Under the pieces are notes generated by a model. It made no database searches. It had not been told where the DNA came from and worked only from the letters and a program-made list of their open reading frames with translations. Positions 27,508 through 37,800 of a stretch of DNA of 64,000 bases are shown in pieces. Source of the stretch: a virus (lineage: Duplodnaviria; Caudoviricetes); IMG/VR virus record IMGVR_UViG_3300046804_003398; one strand, 5' to 3'. The position numbers were made by a program, and so were the translations under genes. Numbering within the stretch: position 1 is the first letter of the stretch; each line of letters opens with the position of its first letter.

Positions 27508-28575
27508 TTAGATTACGAAACTGTTGACCTTACCCCAAGTCTCATTCAACCATACCATGTAGTTTGGTAGGTTATTCCACATTTTATCTTCGTTGATCAA
27601 CTTGCTGAAGACCAGTTTGTTTATATGGGGAACTGGCTTTTGAATGATCTCTTCAATTCTGAGTTGAGTGAATGACTGAATCTGTGTGTCTTTCAATTGC
27701 ATCAACTCATGATTTCTATCAAGTGTCAGTTTGTCACTCAACACTTTTTCATAGAGCTTATACTTGCCTTTGTTGTTTTCAGCGTAATTGTAAATTTCTT
27801 GCAGAGAAGTTTGACGTTCGTCTGCCAAAAACGGAAAACACTTCAATATGGTTTTTAGACCAGCACCATTGATGCCTGGAATATTATCACTATCATCACC
27901 TTCCATAGCTCTATAGAAAATGAAGTTATTACATGTGATACCATATTCATCTACGATTTCTTTACAACCAAAAATCTTCTTCTTGGTAGGACTCCAAATT
28001 TTGATTCTGTCACTGGCTAACTGTAGAAAGTCTTTATCCGATGACATGATGGTAACGTTGCTTTCTTTGAATGTTTGTTCAGCCAAATAAGCAATAGTAT
28101 CATCAGCTTCAATATTATCAATTGCCATCACAGTAATTGGTAATACATCAAGATAGTTGATTAGTCGCAACAACTCCATCTTGAGATTCTTTTGTTCAAT
28201 ATCACTATTAGACATATCGTCATAGGTTCTATTGAACTTGATACGAGTCTTACGTCCCTTTTTGTATTCTGGGTAAATCTTACGACGTTTTTGACTACCA
28301 CCATTACCGTCAAAAACAACAATAACACGGGTGGGATTCAATAGTTTGATTGCATAACCGACACTCTTCAAGAAACCAGCAATCCCACCCGTGTGCATTC
28401 CATCGTCATTCATAGATGGAACCGCCATGAACGATCTAATAAAGGTATTTAGACCGTCCACGATGAGGATGTCGGAGTTGGTAGTTTTTTGAAGGCCACC
28501 AGCCCCGACATCCTCTTTGATGTTCTCAAACAACGAGAACAACTTTTTCTTTTCGTTGGAAGTAAATCCACTCAT
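27508..28575 (-). CDS. rnh: 5'-3' exonuclease/RNase H (T4 rnh / PolI 5' nuclease family)
   Basis: LIVDGLNTFIR, VVFDG, R...YPEYKKGR, EADDTIAY, SSDKDFLQL, GDDSDNIPGINGAG.KT. Confidence 0.92.
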   Translation of the reverse strand: MSGFTSNEKKKLFSLFENIKEDVGAGGLQKTTNSDILIVDGLNTFIRSFMAVPSMNDDGMHTGGIAGFLKSVGYAIKLLNPTRVIVVFDGNGGSQKRRKIYPEYKKGRKTRIKFNRTYDDMSNSDIEQKNLKMELLRLINYLDVLPITVMAIDNIEADDTIAYLAEQTFKESNVTIMSSDKDFLQLASDRIKIWSPTKKKIFGCKEIVDEYGITCNNFIFYRAMEGDDSDNIPGINGAGLKTILKCFPFLADERQTSLQEIYNYAENNKGKYKLYEKVLSDKLTLDRNHELMQLKDTQIQSFTQLRIEEIIQKPVPHINKLVFSKLINEDKMWNNLPNYMVWLNETWGKVNSFVI

Positions 28576-28577
28576 GA

Positions 28578-29720
28578 TTATTCTTCAGCGCCAGCGTCTT
28601 CTTCTTCAGACGACACTTCTGCGTCTTCAACAATCTTGCTGTTTGGGTCTTTATACTTCATTACTGTTGCGTCACAAATCTTCAAGTAAATTTCTTCCTT
28701 TAGCTTTGTGTCAGTTTGCAACGTAGAAATGAAATCCTTAGACTGGAACTTCCATTCGGTGCCATCATCCTTTTGATAGGTATAATATGCACCGCCTTGT
28801 TTGATTAGATTATTGTCCTTGAGAACTTTAATCCAACTGCTGTAGTCGGCAATTCCGCTATCGTAGTAGATATCGAAATTAGCGAGTCGATTGGGCGGAC
28901 CCATTCTGTTCTTAACAACAACTGCCTTACACTCATTACCGATGATTTCCTCACCCTTCTTGAGCTTACCAGTGTTGTTAAGACGAACACGAACACTACA
29001 ATGATAAGCCAGAGCCTTACCACCACTCACTACATACTTGTCACCAAATGCCATAGCATTTAGATTCTGACGTAGTTGATTAGTAAACACGGTAAGAACC
29101 TTTTGCTTACCAATCATGTTGGTGATCTTTCTCATAGCCTTACTGATAATGATACTCTTACCAGTTGCATAACCATCCTTGCCATGATCACTCTCTAGTT
29201 CTGCCTTTGTTGAAGCAGCAGCCACAGAGTCAACAATGATTGTGAGAATACGATCCTTGTTAGACTTTCTCACAATTGCAATCATCTTCTCCATCTGTTC
29301 AAAAATGTCCTCAACGGTTTCACATTGAACATACAGAAGTTTAGATAGATTTACACCAAGACTCTTCCAGAACTCAGGAGCAGCAGCATTTTCAGTATCA
29401 ATAACCACTGCAATTCCACCCTTCTTTTGGGTATCGGCCACGACATGCGCACTAACAAGACTCTTACCAGTGCCTTCAAGACCGTTGAATTCTACCATTT
29501 TACCAACAGGCAATCCACCGTGAGGACGATTGCTGATTGCTAAATCCAAAATAGATGATCCCGTGCTGATCCAGTCAGTGATATCAGCCGGATTATCTTG
29601 TTCATCCAACCTATACGCAATCTTTCCACCATCCTTATTAGCTTTGTTAAGCTCATTTTGGAGTAGATCAATTAGATCGTCTCTGTTGGATTCTTGTCCG
29701 CTATTTGATTTTTTTGCCAT
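28578..29720 (-). CDS. uvsX: RecA/UvsX recombinase
   Basis: GLPVGKMVEFNGLEGTGKS, IDTENA, IVDSVAA, FTNQLR, GGKALAYHCSVR, KNR.GPP. Confidence 0.95.
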   Translation of the reverse strand: MAKKSNSGQESNRDDLIDLLQNELNKANKDGGKIAYRLDEQDNPADITDWISTGSSILDLAISNRPHGGLPVGKMVEFNGLEGTGKSLVSAHVVADTQKKGGIAVVIDTENAAAPEFWKSLGVNLSKLLYVQCETVEDIFEQMEKMIAIVRKSNKDRILTIIVDSVAAASTKAELESDHGKDGYATGKSIIISKAMRKITNMIGKQKVLTVFTNQLRQNLNAMAFGDKYVVSGGKALAYHCSVRVRLNNTGKLKKGEEIIGNECKAVVVKNRMGPPNRLANFDIYYDSGIADYSSWIKVLKDNNLIKQGGAYYTYQKDDGTEWKFQSKDFISTLQTDTKLKEEIYLKICDATVMKYKDPNSKIVEDAEVSSEEEDAGAEE

Positions 29721-29735
29721 AACGTGTATAACTAG

Positions 29736-29770
29736 AAAGCCGGTGGGGTATAAAAAACTCCACCGGCTTT
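29736..29770 (-). terminator. Stem-loop between gp32 and uvsX (weak terminator or processing site)
   Basis: 11-bp stem AAAGCCGGTGG/CCACCGGCTTT with a 13-nt loop; only a short U-run on the minus strand. Confidence 0.55.
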
Positions 29771-29781
29771 ATTTATTGTTT

Positions 29782-30672
29782 TTAGGAGTTGAACAAGTCA
29801 TCAAAAGCTTTCTCTACATCAGTAGATCCACCCTTTGACTTACTTGCGGTTGGAGAAACAAAAGCAGCCTTCTTAGTTTCTGCCTTTGGTTGAACAGCAG
29901 TCTTTACTCCAGACGGAGCAGCTGCCTTCACTGTAGCGGGAGTTTCAGCGACTTCCTCTTCAGCCTCAGTTCCAGCGGGAACTTCAACTTCAGCGGTTTC
30001 GGTTTCTGGATTCAACCACTTATCCATAACGTCCTTGAGTTCATCATAAGACAACTCTGGGAACAGATCAAGGATGTTAGTCTGATTCTTGAGGGAATCA
30101 ACCAACTGAGCGTTCTTAGGATCAACAGCAGGTGTGACATTTGGCTTCACACGAACTGTGGTCTCAGGGAAGCTCTTACCAGTTTCCTCTGCGGTCTTGA
30201 ACTCAATGGTAATATCACGACCATTTGCGAGATCAGTAATATCACCATACTCTGGATCAAGACATACCGACACAAGCTCTTGATACACGGTCTTACCGAA
30301 TCCCCAGAACTTCACACCCTCACTCTCTTGACCACGAACGATCACAGGGGCGAATGTGCGCATCTTGGGTTCCATCTTACGACCCATCTGCCAATCTTCC
30401 TTGGAACCAGTCTTCTTCAAACGATTGGCAAACTCCACGATAGGATCTGGACGACCAAAGCTGTCAGGAGACAAATAGGTCTTACCATTAATGTTATAGT
30501 GGAACTTGAGTTCAATAAACGGATTCTCGGGATTGAACTTGTAGGGAACAATACGAACAACTTGCTTACCGGGATTAGGCTTCCAGAGAACATCATTCTT
30601 CTTACTGTTTCCAGAACCTTGGCTTGAAAGGGAGTTCAAGCGACTCTTCAACTGCGATATATTTAGTGCCAT
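29782..30672 (-). CDS. gp32: Single-stranded DNA-binding protein (T4 gp32-like)
   Basis: LWKP..GKQVVRIVP, GVKFWGFGKTVY, YGDITDLANGRD, and an acidic C-terminal tail ending AFDDLFNS. Confidence 0.9.
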   Translation of the reverse strand: MALNISQLKSRLNSLSSQGSGNSKKNDVLWKPNPGKQVVRIVPYKFNPENPFIELKFHYNINGKTYLSPDSFGRPDPIVEFANRLKKTGSKEDWQMGRKMEPKMRTFAPVIVRGQESEGVKFWGFGKTVYQELVSVCLDPEYGDITDLANGRDITIEFKTAEETGKSFPETTVRVKPNVTPAVDPKNAQLVDSLKNQTNILDLFPELSYDELKDVMDKWLNPETETAEVEVPAGTEAEEEVAETPATVKAAAPSGVKTAVQPKAETKKAAFVSPTASKSKGGSTDVEKAFDDLFNS

Positions 30673-30754
30673 AATTAGTTTAATTAGTTAATTAGTTTAT
30701 AGGTTAATTAGTTAAGTATTCTTAATTCACTTAAATTAAGATTCGTAACGAATC
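30673..30754 (-). promoter_or_regulatory. Putative translational operator of the gp32 gene
   Basis: Four copies of AACTAATT (mRNA sense) abutting the ATG, preceded by two small hairpins (30721-30740, 30740-30754). Confidence 0.55.
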
Positions 30755-30765
30755 ACCATGACAAT

Positions 30766-30794
30766 ACTCTACAGTCTATGCAGAGAATCGTCAA
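30766..30794 (-). promoter_or_regulatory. Sigma70-like promoter of the gp32/uvsX/rnh operon
   Basis: Minus strand TTGACG, 17 nt, TAGAGT. Confidence 0.55.
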
Positions 30795-30808
30795 GGTATA
30801 AATAAGTA

Positions 30809-31204
30809 TTACCAGGAAAGCACAGAAAACAACTTTAATCCGACTATTTTTACGCCTGGATCTGCTACCAAAATGATGCTATTTTTGTATAAATCCCAGT
30901 TCAATTGAAAGGTTTTATCGAACACACCGTTGTTCTCGTCTTCAATCAATCTGTTCATAGCATTCAACGTATATAGCGTGTTGGTTTGCTTCTTTCTGTG
31001 AACGCTTATCGTATTCGGATATTTGATTTTGGAATCGATGTTTTTAACAATATTGAATGTGAGATAAATTTCTCTCAGATTCTTCTCGTTAGCAAACACG
31101 AATATTTTGTTATCTGCCATCTCGTAGGTCTTTTTGATCTCGTCTACGACTGACAAATATTTGTTGCTGTCTGAGAATGTGCAAAGCAGTTGTTTTTGAA
31201 TCAT
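30809..31204 (-). CDS. Hypothetical protein (131 aa)
   Basis: ORF overlapping the upstream gene by 4 nt; SVHRKKQTNTLYTLNAMN segment. Confidence 0.75.
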   Translation of the reverse strand: MIQKQLLCTFSDSNKYLSVVDEIKKTYEMADNKIFVFANEKNLREIYLTFNIVKNIDSKIKYPNTISVHRKKQTNTLYTLNAMNRLIEDENNGVFDKTFQLNWDLYKNSIILVADPGVKIVGLKLFSVLSW

Positions 31205-33081
31205 GTTAATGTAGGTTCAGCAACAGGAGGTAACTGCGTCGATGTGTTTGGCATTTCCCATCTCCAAGCACCATCGGCATGTCCTTCAAACCCTAAAAAT
31301 TCTGTGAAGCTTTCCCAGCCCTCAGAAATCAACGCATTTAGATATCTCGAAAAGCGCAATAACACTTCAAATATACTTTGTAAACCAGATTTGATGTTCT
31401 CCCAAGCCTTTGTGAAAAAGTCTTTTAATTCGCCACTAAGCGATTTGATTGTGGTCCAAACATCACTAAAATAATCACTGATCGACTTGCCTATGCTTTG
31501 TAGTGTGTCCATAAGACCTTCGTCCAATTTAATTTCTTCTAGTTTAATATCACCACGAATCGCAATACCACGGGTGCCACCACGGTTTGAAAATCTGAAC
31601 GATATGTTCTTATCGTTTTCAGTAATGAACTTGTCTACTGTGTAATAATGGCAATCACCACTACAGTCCCAAGTCATCATATAGTCGGCAATACACTCGG
31701 CACTAAAGTCTGCCTTTCCTTGTTGGAATCTACGTTTTCCAGTAGCAAGTTCCTCAATTAACATGCGACGACGAGCTGGTTGAACAAATACACTATTGAG
31801 TGTCAACATCACAGTTTCAGTATTAACAGGTATCACACCCTTCTTTACAAACTGTTTGTTTTGAATAATGATCTTCTCAATATCACCCACTTCTGCTTTG
31901 ATTTGATCTACAGATTTATTACCTTTAACAGCATTCGTCAACGACTTTTGTAGTTTCTCTTTTACTTCGTCGTTTAGTCCAATATAAAACTTCTTTTGTA
32001 GACCATCCATAATGAATGACGAAACTTGTTCCATCACCTTTACGTCTTCACCAGAGTCTTTCAAAATAGCAGATACTACAGAATTGACTTCGGCATTTTG
32101 AGCACTACAAATTTGTGCTCCCTTTGCCTTCAAACTGGCTCTCATGCGTGTCTTACCTTCAAATATCAAATCTGTCTTTGAGGTTCTGTCAATATTTGCA
32201 AAAATAGGATTGGTAATGTCACATCTCAAATTACCCAATGCGGTTGATGATTTGATGCCTTTTTCTCTCAACTTTGCTACAATCTTCTTAGCAACATCGT
32301 CGTCTGTTTCAATTCCAGCAAACTCGTCATTGATGTGATACTCCATTTTTTGAGCATTACATTTGACTTGCTTTTCTACTACAACAACTGGACCAACATT
32401 TTCTTTATAAACTTGTTCACCAATCATGTTGCCAGCCTTGTCATACCAACGAAGACCGTTTTTTACATATCCTAGTTTAGCTGCTTCGTTGACAGTATAT
32501 TCTTCTTTCTCACAATCATTGCACCCACAATCTTCACACTCATCTACTTGTTGGTTGATCAATGGAACTCCGCCAGTCAAAATTGAATCGACAGCAGCTG
32601 CATCTTGAACTTTTTCTTTTGTGCTTCTGTCGTCTTTTTTATCATCTCCAGTAACTTTCTTGTTCAACTCCTTGTCAAGAGAAACTGTGTCAGACTTATC
32701 TTGTTTGTCTTCTTCACCAGAATCGGTTTTCGCAATATCAGCGGTTGATAGTCCTCCTGTGTCAGAGGGTGAAAACAAAGTTCCTGCATTTTTCTTCGGA
32801 TTTTCTGCAAAGTGAGTTCCTTTATCTACGGCACGGTCACGATATTCTTTGCTTGGAAATGTAACCAATATACCATCTTTATTGTAAGCCTGACGTTCTG
32901 GGAAACGACCTGCTTCAAACAACTTTGCTGTTCTCTCGACCACCGTATCAATTGAAAATCCAGCCTTCTCCAAGTATTCTTGTAACACAAAAACGTGCTC
33001 AGGCATTTCTAGCCTCAACACGCCATCTTTTATACGACTGTCACAACACACATCGTTTATAATTGAGTTGAATTTCATCAA
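31201..33081 (-). CDS. Large protein with a central PD-(D/E)XK endonuclease-like domain
   Basis: TSKTDLIF...RASLKAKGAQ fits the phage KTD...SLK restriction-fold motif; TATTTAT immediately upstream. Confidence 0.55.
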   Translation of the reverse strand: MMKFNSIINDVCCDSRIKDGVLRLEMPEHVFVLQEYLEKAGFSIDTVVERTAKLFEAGRFPERQAYNKDGILVTFPSKEYRDRAVDKGTHFAENPKKNAGTLFSPSDTGGLSTADIAKTDSGEEDKQDKSDTVSLDKELNKKVTGDDKKDDRSTKEKVQDAAAVDSILTGGVPLINQQVDECEDCGCNDCEKEEYTVNEAAKLGYVKNGLRWYDKAGNMIGEQVYKENVGPVVVVEKQVKCNAQKMEYHINDEFAGIETDDDVAKKIVAKLREKGIKSSTALGNLRCDITNPIFANIDRTSKTDLIFEGKTRMRASLKAKGAQICSAQNAEVNSVVSAILKDSGEDVKVMEQVSSFIMDGLQKKFYIGLNDEVKEKLQKSLTNAVKGNKSVDQIKAEVGDIEKIIIQNKQFVKKGVIPVNTETVMLTLNSVFVQPARRRMLIEELATGKRRFQQGKADFSAECIADYMMTWDCSGDCHYYTVDKFITENDKNISFRFSNRGGTRGIAIRGDIKLEEIKLDEGLMDTLQSIGKSISDYFSDVWTTIKSLSGELKDFFTKAWENIKSGLQSIFEVLLRFSRYLNALISEGWESFTEFLGFEGHADGAWRWEMPNTSTQLPPVAEPTLT

Positions 33082-33093
33082 TTATAAATATGT

Positions 33094-34416
33094 TTAACTT
33101 GAGACTAATTTCAAATCATTGTAATTATTTCCTTCATAAACCTTTACCTTGAACCGTTTATTTCTGATAATGTCCACTACATCGTTGATTTCTTCGGTTT
33201 TCACACTACTATCCACATCAAACAATATACTGTCATAAATGTATAATATTGGTATAATTGGTTTACCCGACACATATTTCAACACATTACCAAGACTGTT
33301 CAACCCATATTCAGTCTCAGTTGCTTGAATGATATAAGCAAACAACTTGTTTTTGTTGGGATCAATAATATGATGTTGATTGATCTTGCGTTTGTAGATA
33401 GGGGTCTTTACATAACCCTTGTTGGTAAACTCTTCCCAATACCTATTCTTAAGTTCTTCCACCTTTTCAAAATAAGGTATCTTCGTATGTTTATCCGATA
33501 TCTGACCATACAAGTTCACCATCGTCTGTTTCTTGGATTTAGACAATGTATTTGCATCAACCACATCAATATTATAATACTGTTTGGCCAGGTGTTCATA
33601 AATGGTCTCGTCATCTGGAACCTTATATTGAATCAATTGTGCGACCAGATACGGATGAAAACCAGTAAAGTCCACCATCATCAGTTTACCATTTGCAAAC
33701 CTAGATGTAAAACTTTCACGACAACCGTCTTCCTTGTTAAGCGCTACATAGTTTACACTATCAAATTTGTTGCTTGGTCTGCCAGTTGGATTGTAAATGT
33801 AATACTCACTATATACGGTATCTTGACTACCATCTTCACTGGTTACAACTCTTGCATTTGGAAAACACGATTTGAATTGAGGAGTGTTGACATGAATACC
33901 ATTACGTTCAACCTCAAACAAAGTATCCGTGACAATGTTATTGAAAAACTTGAAACAATATGAGTCTGTGTTTTCATCTTCATACTGATCAATTAGATCC
34001 ACTTCCGCATCAAATTCATTTTGGTGAACAACATACGGAATCACCAAATTGACATGATTCAACTTGTTGTGAGTCATCTGTAACTGTGTGGTATACAAAT
34101 GATTTGGCATTTCAACAACCTCACCATCTTTAAGAAACGAAAACAAGTTTATGTCATACAATTCCGCATTTGGAATATGATACTTGTATCGTTTCTTGTT
34201 GTTGACATAAACCTTCTTATTTGCCAACGTTTTCTTGAACGTCTTGAAAGTCGAGTTTGCGGTTACGTCGGGATGTTCAAAATTAAAGTATTCCGACTGT
34301 TTGGTTTGATAATCGTAAACAAACGCCGCAATCACCTTGTCTTGCGACGGATGAAGGTTTGTATCTCTGAAGATGAACTTCAAATATATTTTGGATGATT
34401 GTGACACAGCATACAA
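33094..34416 (-). CDS. Compact family A DNA polymerase-like protein
   Basis: VERNGIHVN, TGRPS, motif A-like VDFTGFHP, motif B-like KSKKQTMVNLYG, IQATE, motif C-like LYIYDSILFD. Confidence 0.85.
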   Translation of the reverse strand: MYAVSQSSKIYLKFIFRDTNLHPSQDKVIAAFVYDYQTKQSEYFNFEHPDVTANSTFKTFKKTLANKKVYVNNKKRYKYHIPNAELYDINLFSFLKDGEVVEMPNHLYTTQLQMTHNKLNHVNLVIPYVVHQNEFDAEVDLIDQYEDENTDSYCFKFFNNIVTDTLFEVERNGIHVNTPQFKSCFPNARVVTSEDGSQDTVYSEYYIYNPTGRPSNKFDSVNYVALNKEDGCRESFTSRFANGKLMMVDFTGFHPYLVAQLIQYKVPDDETIYEHLAKQYYNIDVVDANTLSKSKKQTMVNLYGQISDKHTKIPYFEKVEELKNRYWEEFTNKGYVKTPIYKRKINQHHIIDPNKNKLFAYIIQATETEYGLNSLGNVLKYVSGKPIIPILYIYDSILFDVDSSVKTEEINDVVDIIRNKRFKVKVYEGNNYNDLKLVSS

Positions 34417-34448
34417 TATACATCATACTGTGCTAGTGTCAAATATAT

Positions 34449-34835
34449 TTAATAGCCTTGCCAGAATTGTAGTGGGTTAGACAACACAATCTCAATGCCT
34501 GGTAGTGTTTTTCTCAAGTTTGAAATTTGTAATAAGTTGTTTTCTTGGACTCCAGCTTCTAACAAAATTCGATCTTTGTATAGACTATTCTTTCTTCCAC
34601 TAATTTGCCAGTCCAATTTACCCTTCACGAAAAAAGCCTCGTCAGTAGCACCATAGTCTCTAGCATTTGTTTCTATGATCATTTGTTGATTCTTTTTACC
34701 AACAAAGTATCTGGTTATCCAACCATATTCATAGTCCTTCTTTTTTGGTGTAGGAATATAGGTGCTAGGAAAGAATAGACTGAATTTCTCCAATCCTAAT
34801 CTGTATGCTAATGCTGGATCAGTATCTTGAATCAT
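34449..34835 (-). CDS. Hypothetical protein, baseplate region
   Basis: Translationally coupled to the upstream 1088-aa gene. Confidence 0.7.
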   Translation of the reverse strand: MIQDTDPALAYRLGLEKFSLFFPSTYIPTPKKKDYEYGWITRYFVGKKNQQMIIETNARDYGATDEAFFVKGKLDWQISGRKNSLYKDRILLEAGVQENNLLQISNLRKTLPGIEIVLSNPLQFWQGY

Positions 34836-37800
34836 ACGTTTATAAATTTGTAATTTTGGTCAGGACAACATCTTAACATTGCTGTGACCACAGTTTCCCA
34901 CTTACCGGCATTTATCTGATGGTCAACTTCATTAATCATAAATATGACATTGCCTGGAACATATGGCTTTGGTAGATTTGATATAGCTATGTGTTGGAAC
35001 ATTCTAAATCCAAATATACCATCAAATGTCAAGGTCAACGTAAAGTTATCAGCTGGACCAGAATACTTTGAGTTGTTGTTTGTAGTATCACTGTCATCCA
35101 ACATTTCTCTGAGTTTGCCCTTCAATGTTGGTGGAAGATTCAACATTACCCAACCAAACTTTGCAATTGACGTTTTAACCTCTCCAGAGAATGGGTTATC
35201 AATGCCAAGTATCTGTGTTTTGTAACTCTTTTCTTCAATTGGACCATATGGATCTTCACCAGGCAAAAGAGCTCTTACACGCATTACCAACACTTTTTCG
35301 TCTTGTTTACCTTGAGTCTGTATTCTGCGTATTTCTTCATTTTTGTCAACAATAGGCCCATGTGGAACCGTTTGATTTAGTTCCGAATCCGATTGTTGTT
35401 TTGGTGGTTCATTTCTTTCTTTTCGGATTTGGTCATCAATTTCTTTCAACTTTTTGTTGACCTCATCCAATATCTGATAACTGTCAAATCGATCCGCATA
35501 GTTCAAACTTGGCAAACCAGTTTTGATTTGTGTGATCTTATCTTTCTTCTGTATCAGATTAAGATTGGAATTGTTCAATATATCAGTTACTTGTCCCGCT
35601 GTATTATTTGCAGCATTTTGTCCACTGCCATACAACACTGAGTTGACTTGTTCATTGGTCAAATTAACTTGAAAATCAATCTTCTTGATGACATTTGAAG
35701 TTGATCCAATATCAAATTTGTAGATTTCATATTCTCTAGGCAATGAAAGATTTTTGTCAATAATAGATAACCCACCGTTTTCATTCCTCACAGTTTGTAG
35801 GTTCCAGAAATTATCTACAGCATCGTTGATGATGTTTAGAATCTTGTTGACGATTTGTTCCAATGTCTTCAATTCGGTGTCTTTACCAATTTCAATCAAT
35901 CGTGACTTACTGATGTATATGTGTTTGAGATATCCATAGTAGTGTGCTTGATACGTTCTACTACCGACAGTCTTTGGTTGGCTAAAAGGAAATGCCGCAC
36001 TATTGGTTCCTTGTCCGCCAATAGTATAATACAACCAATTGATGATTGTATCCAAGTTATCTCTGGCTGCAACACCTGTTTTAAATGTGTTACGTGCTTT
36101 AAGAGCCGCTTTCCAAAGTGGAGACGAAATTGTTGTAATACATTCAGCATCCAAAGAATTTGCTTTCAACTTTTGTGCCCTATCCTTTTCTTCTTTCAAA
36201 CCAGCATTGATCTTGGAATTGTAATTTTCCCAATAATACTGATCCAAAAATGCGTTATTGCTAACATCAGATTGATCTAAGTAACCTTTTGGACCAGCAC
36301 GACCAATGTTTACTTTTGGAGCAATTGGATTTGGAATCAACACATCTTTATCACATGAAATCAAATTTGGATGACCACCAATGATTATGTCAGAAATATC
36401 AATGTTGTTGTTTCCGGTTTTTGGTTCGGCACAAAAGAGGTTTATAATTTCAAAAACGAAATCCAATTGATACCATGCTTCATCATTAGAACCATCCTCA
36501 TAATCAAAATCTGTGGATTTATCTGCAAACGATACAACGTTTTTGTATGCAACTCCATTATTTGTTGGACCAGACTCGCCTGGAGCATAAGTTATAACCT
36601 CACTTGTATTTGGAACTGGGACTGGGACTGGATTTCCACGTAAACCAGCTGCAGCGGCTGCAGCGCCTCTGGAGCCTGCTGGTGATGGTGTTCCAGACGT
36701 TTGAGTTCCACGTTGACCAGCTGCAGCAGCTGCCGCTGCTCGTGACCCCGCTGGCATTGGATTGCCAGGAGTTGGATTTCTACGACCTCCAAGAGTTGCG
36801 GCATCAGCTCGACTCAAAGTTTTCTTTTTTGGAATTTTACTTGCCTTGTAAACGTCTTGAATACGTCCCATAAACACTCTGTTTTCTTTCTTTCCAGAAT
36901 AGAAATTGTTTGATGGTTTAAAATTACCAGGCAATCCAGTTTGTTGTGCTTGAACCTGTTGTTTCTTTTCGTCTTTTGCTTGTTTACTAAGAGCCTTTCT
37001 TAGGGTCTCAGTGTTCTTTGGATCAAGCAAATAGTTGATGTAATTTTCACGGCTCTCAAGAACTTGTTTTGTAAACTGAAGATAGTTTGAGAAAAAGTCC
37101 TTCAAGTTGACATATTCCTTTGTGTCAGCCTCTTGTTTATTGTCGCCTTGTGATACTGTCGGATTGTCAGCTCTGTATCCTGCATACATTGCTTGTCTTG
37201 AAATGAGTTCTGTTGTGCAGTTGTATACAAATCCGTCTTCTGTAGAGAAGTTATATTTGGATATGATTCCGGTGATCAACCCATAATTGCCAAATGACTT
37301 GTAATACTTTTCAAGTGCTAATTCTGGTCTTAGAATCAACTTGTAACATTCATTTACATCATCCAAAGGAACCAATGAATCAATGTTGAATAAATTCCAA
37401 CCAAACTCCAAGAACACATTGATCTTTGGACTCAACCAAAATGGCATCATGTATTCCAACTGCGCAAGACTGTAGCATTGCCAGTTGATCGTGGCATTCG
37501 ACATCATGTCTTTGTTTGTCTTGACATTTATAGATGTGATGCCGGGTGGTGGTAGTATAGACGGAACTGTAGAGTTTTGTGGGAACTTTAGTCCACCTGG
37601 ACAATGTGCACCGGCATCATAATATGTGCTGGTTCTATACTTTGTGTCTATGAAGTGAGGATTTCCATTGGCTTGATAACCAATTATTGCTTTATCTTCA
37701 ACCAAAGCATTTCCTTGTCGTTTGAATCCATAAGCATTGTTAAATCCTTCACCACCACTAAGAACAAATCCTTCGTATATTGGAAGCTTGTCATTCTTTA

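Noticed and set aside
1-29720. Introns or inteins in polB, nrdA/B, helicase, recA
   Set aside because: Lengths and motif spacing are normal, with no intein or homing-endonuclease signatures in the visible parts.
34415-34442. TTGACA-16-TATATT promoter for the PolA-like gene
   Set aside because: The -10 box overlaps the predicted TTG start, so either the start or the promoter call is wrong; not listed as a feature.
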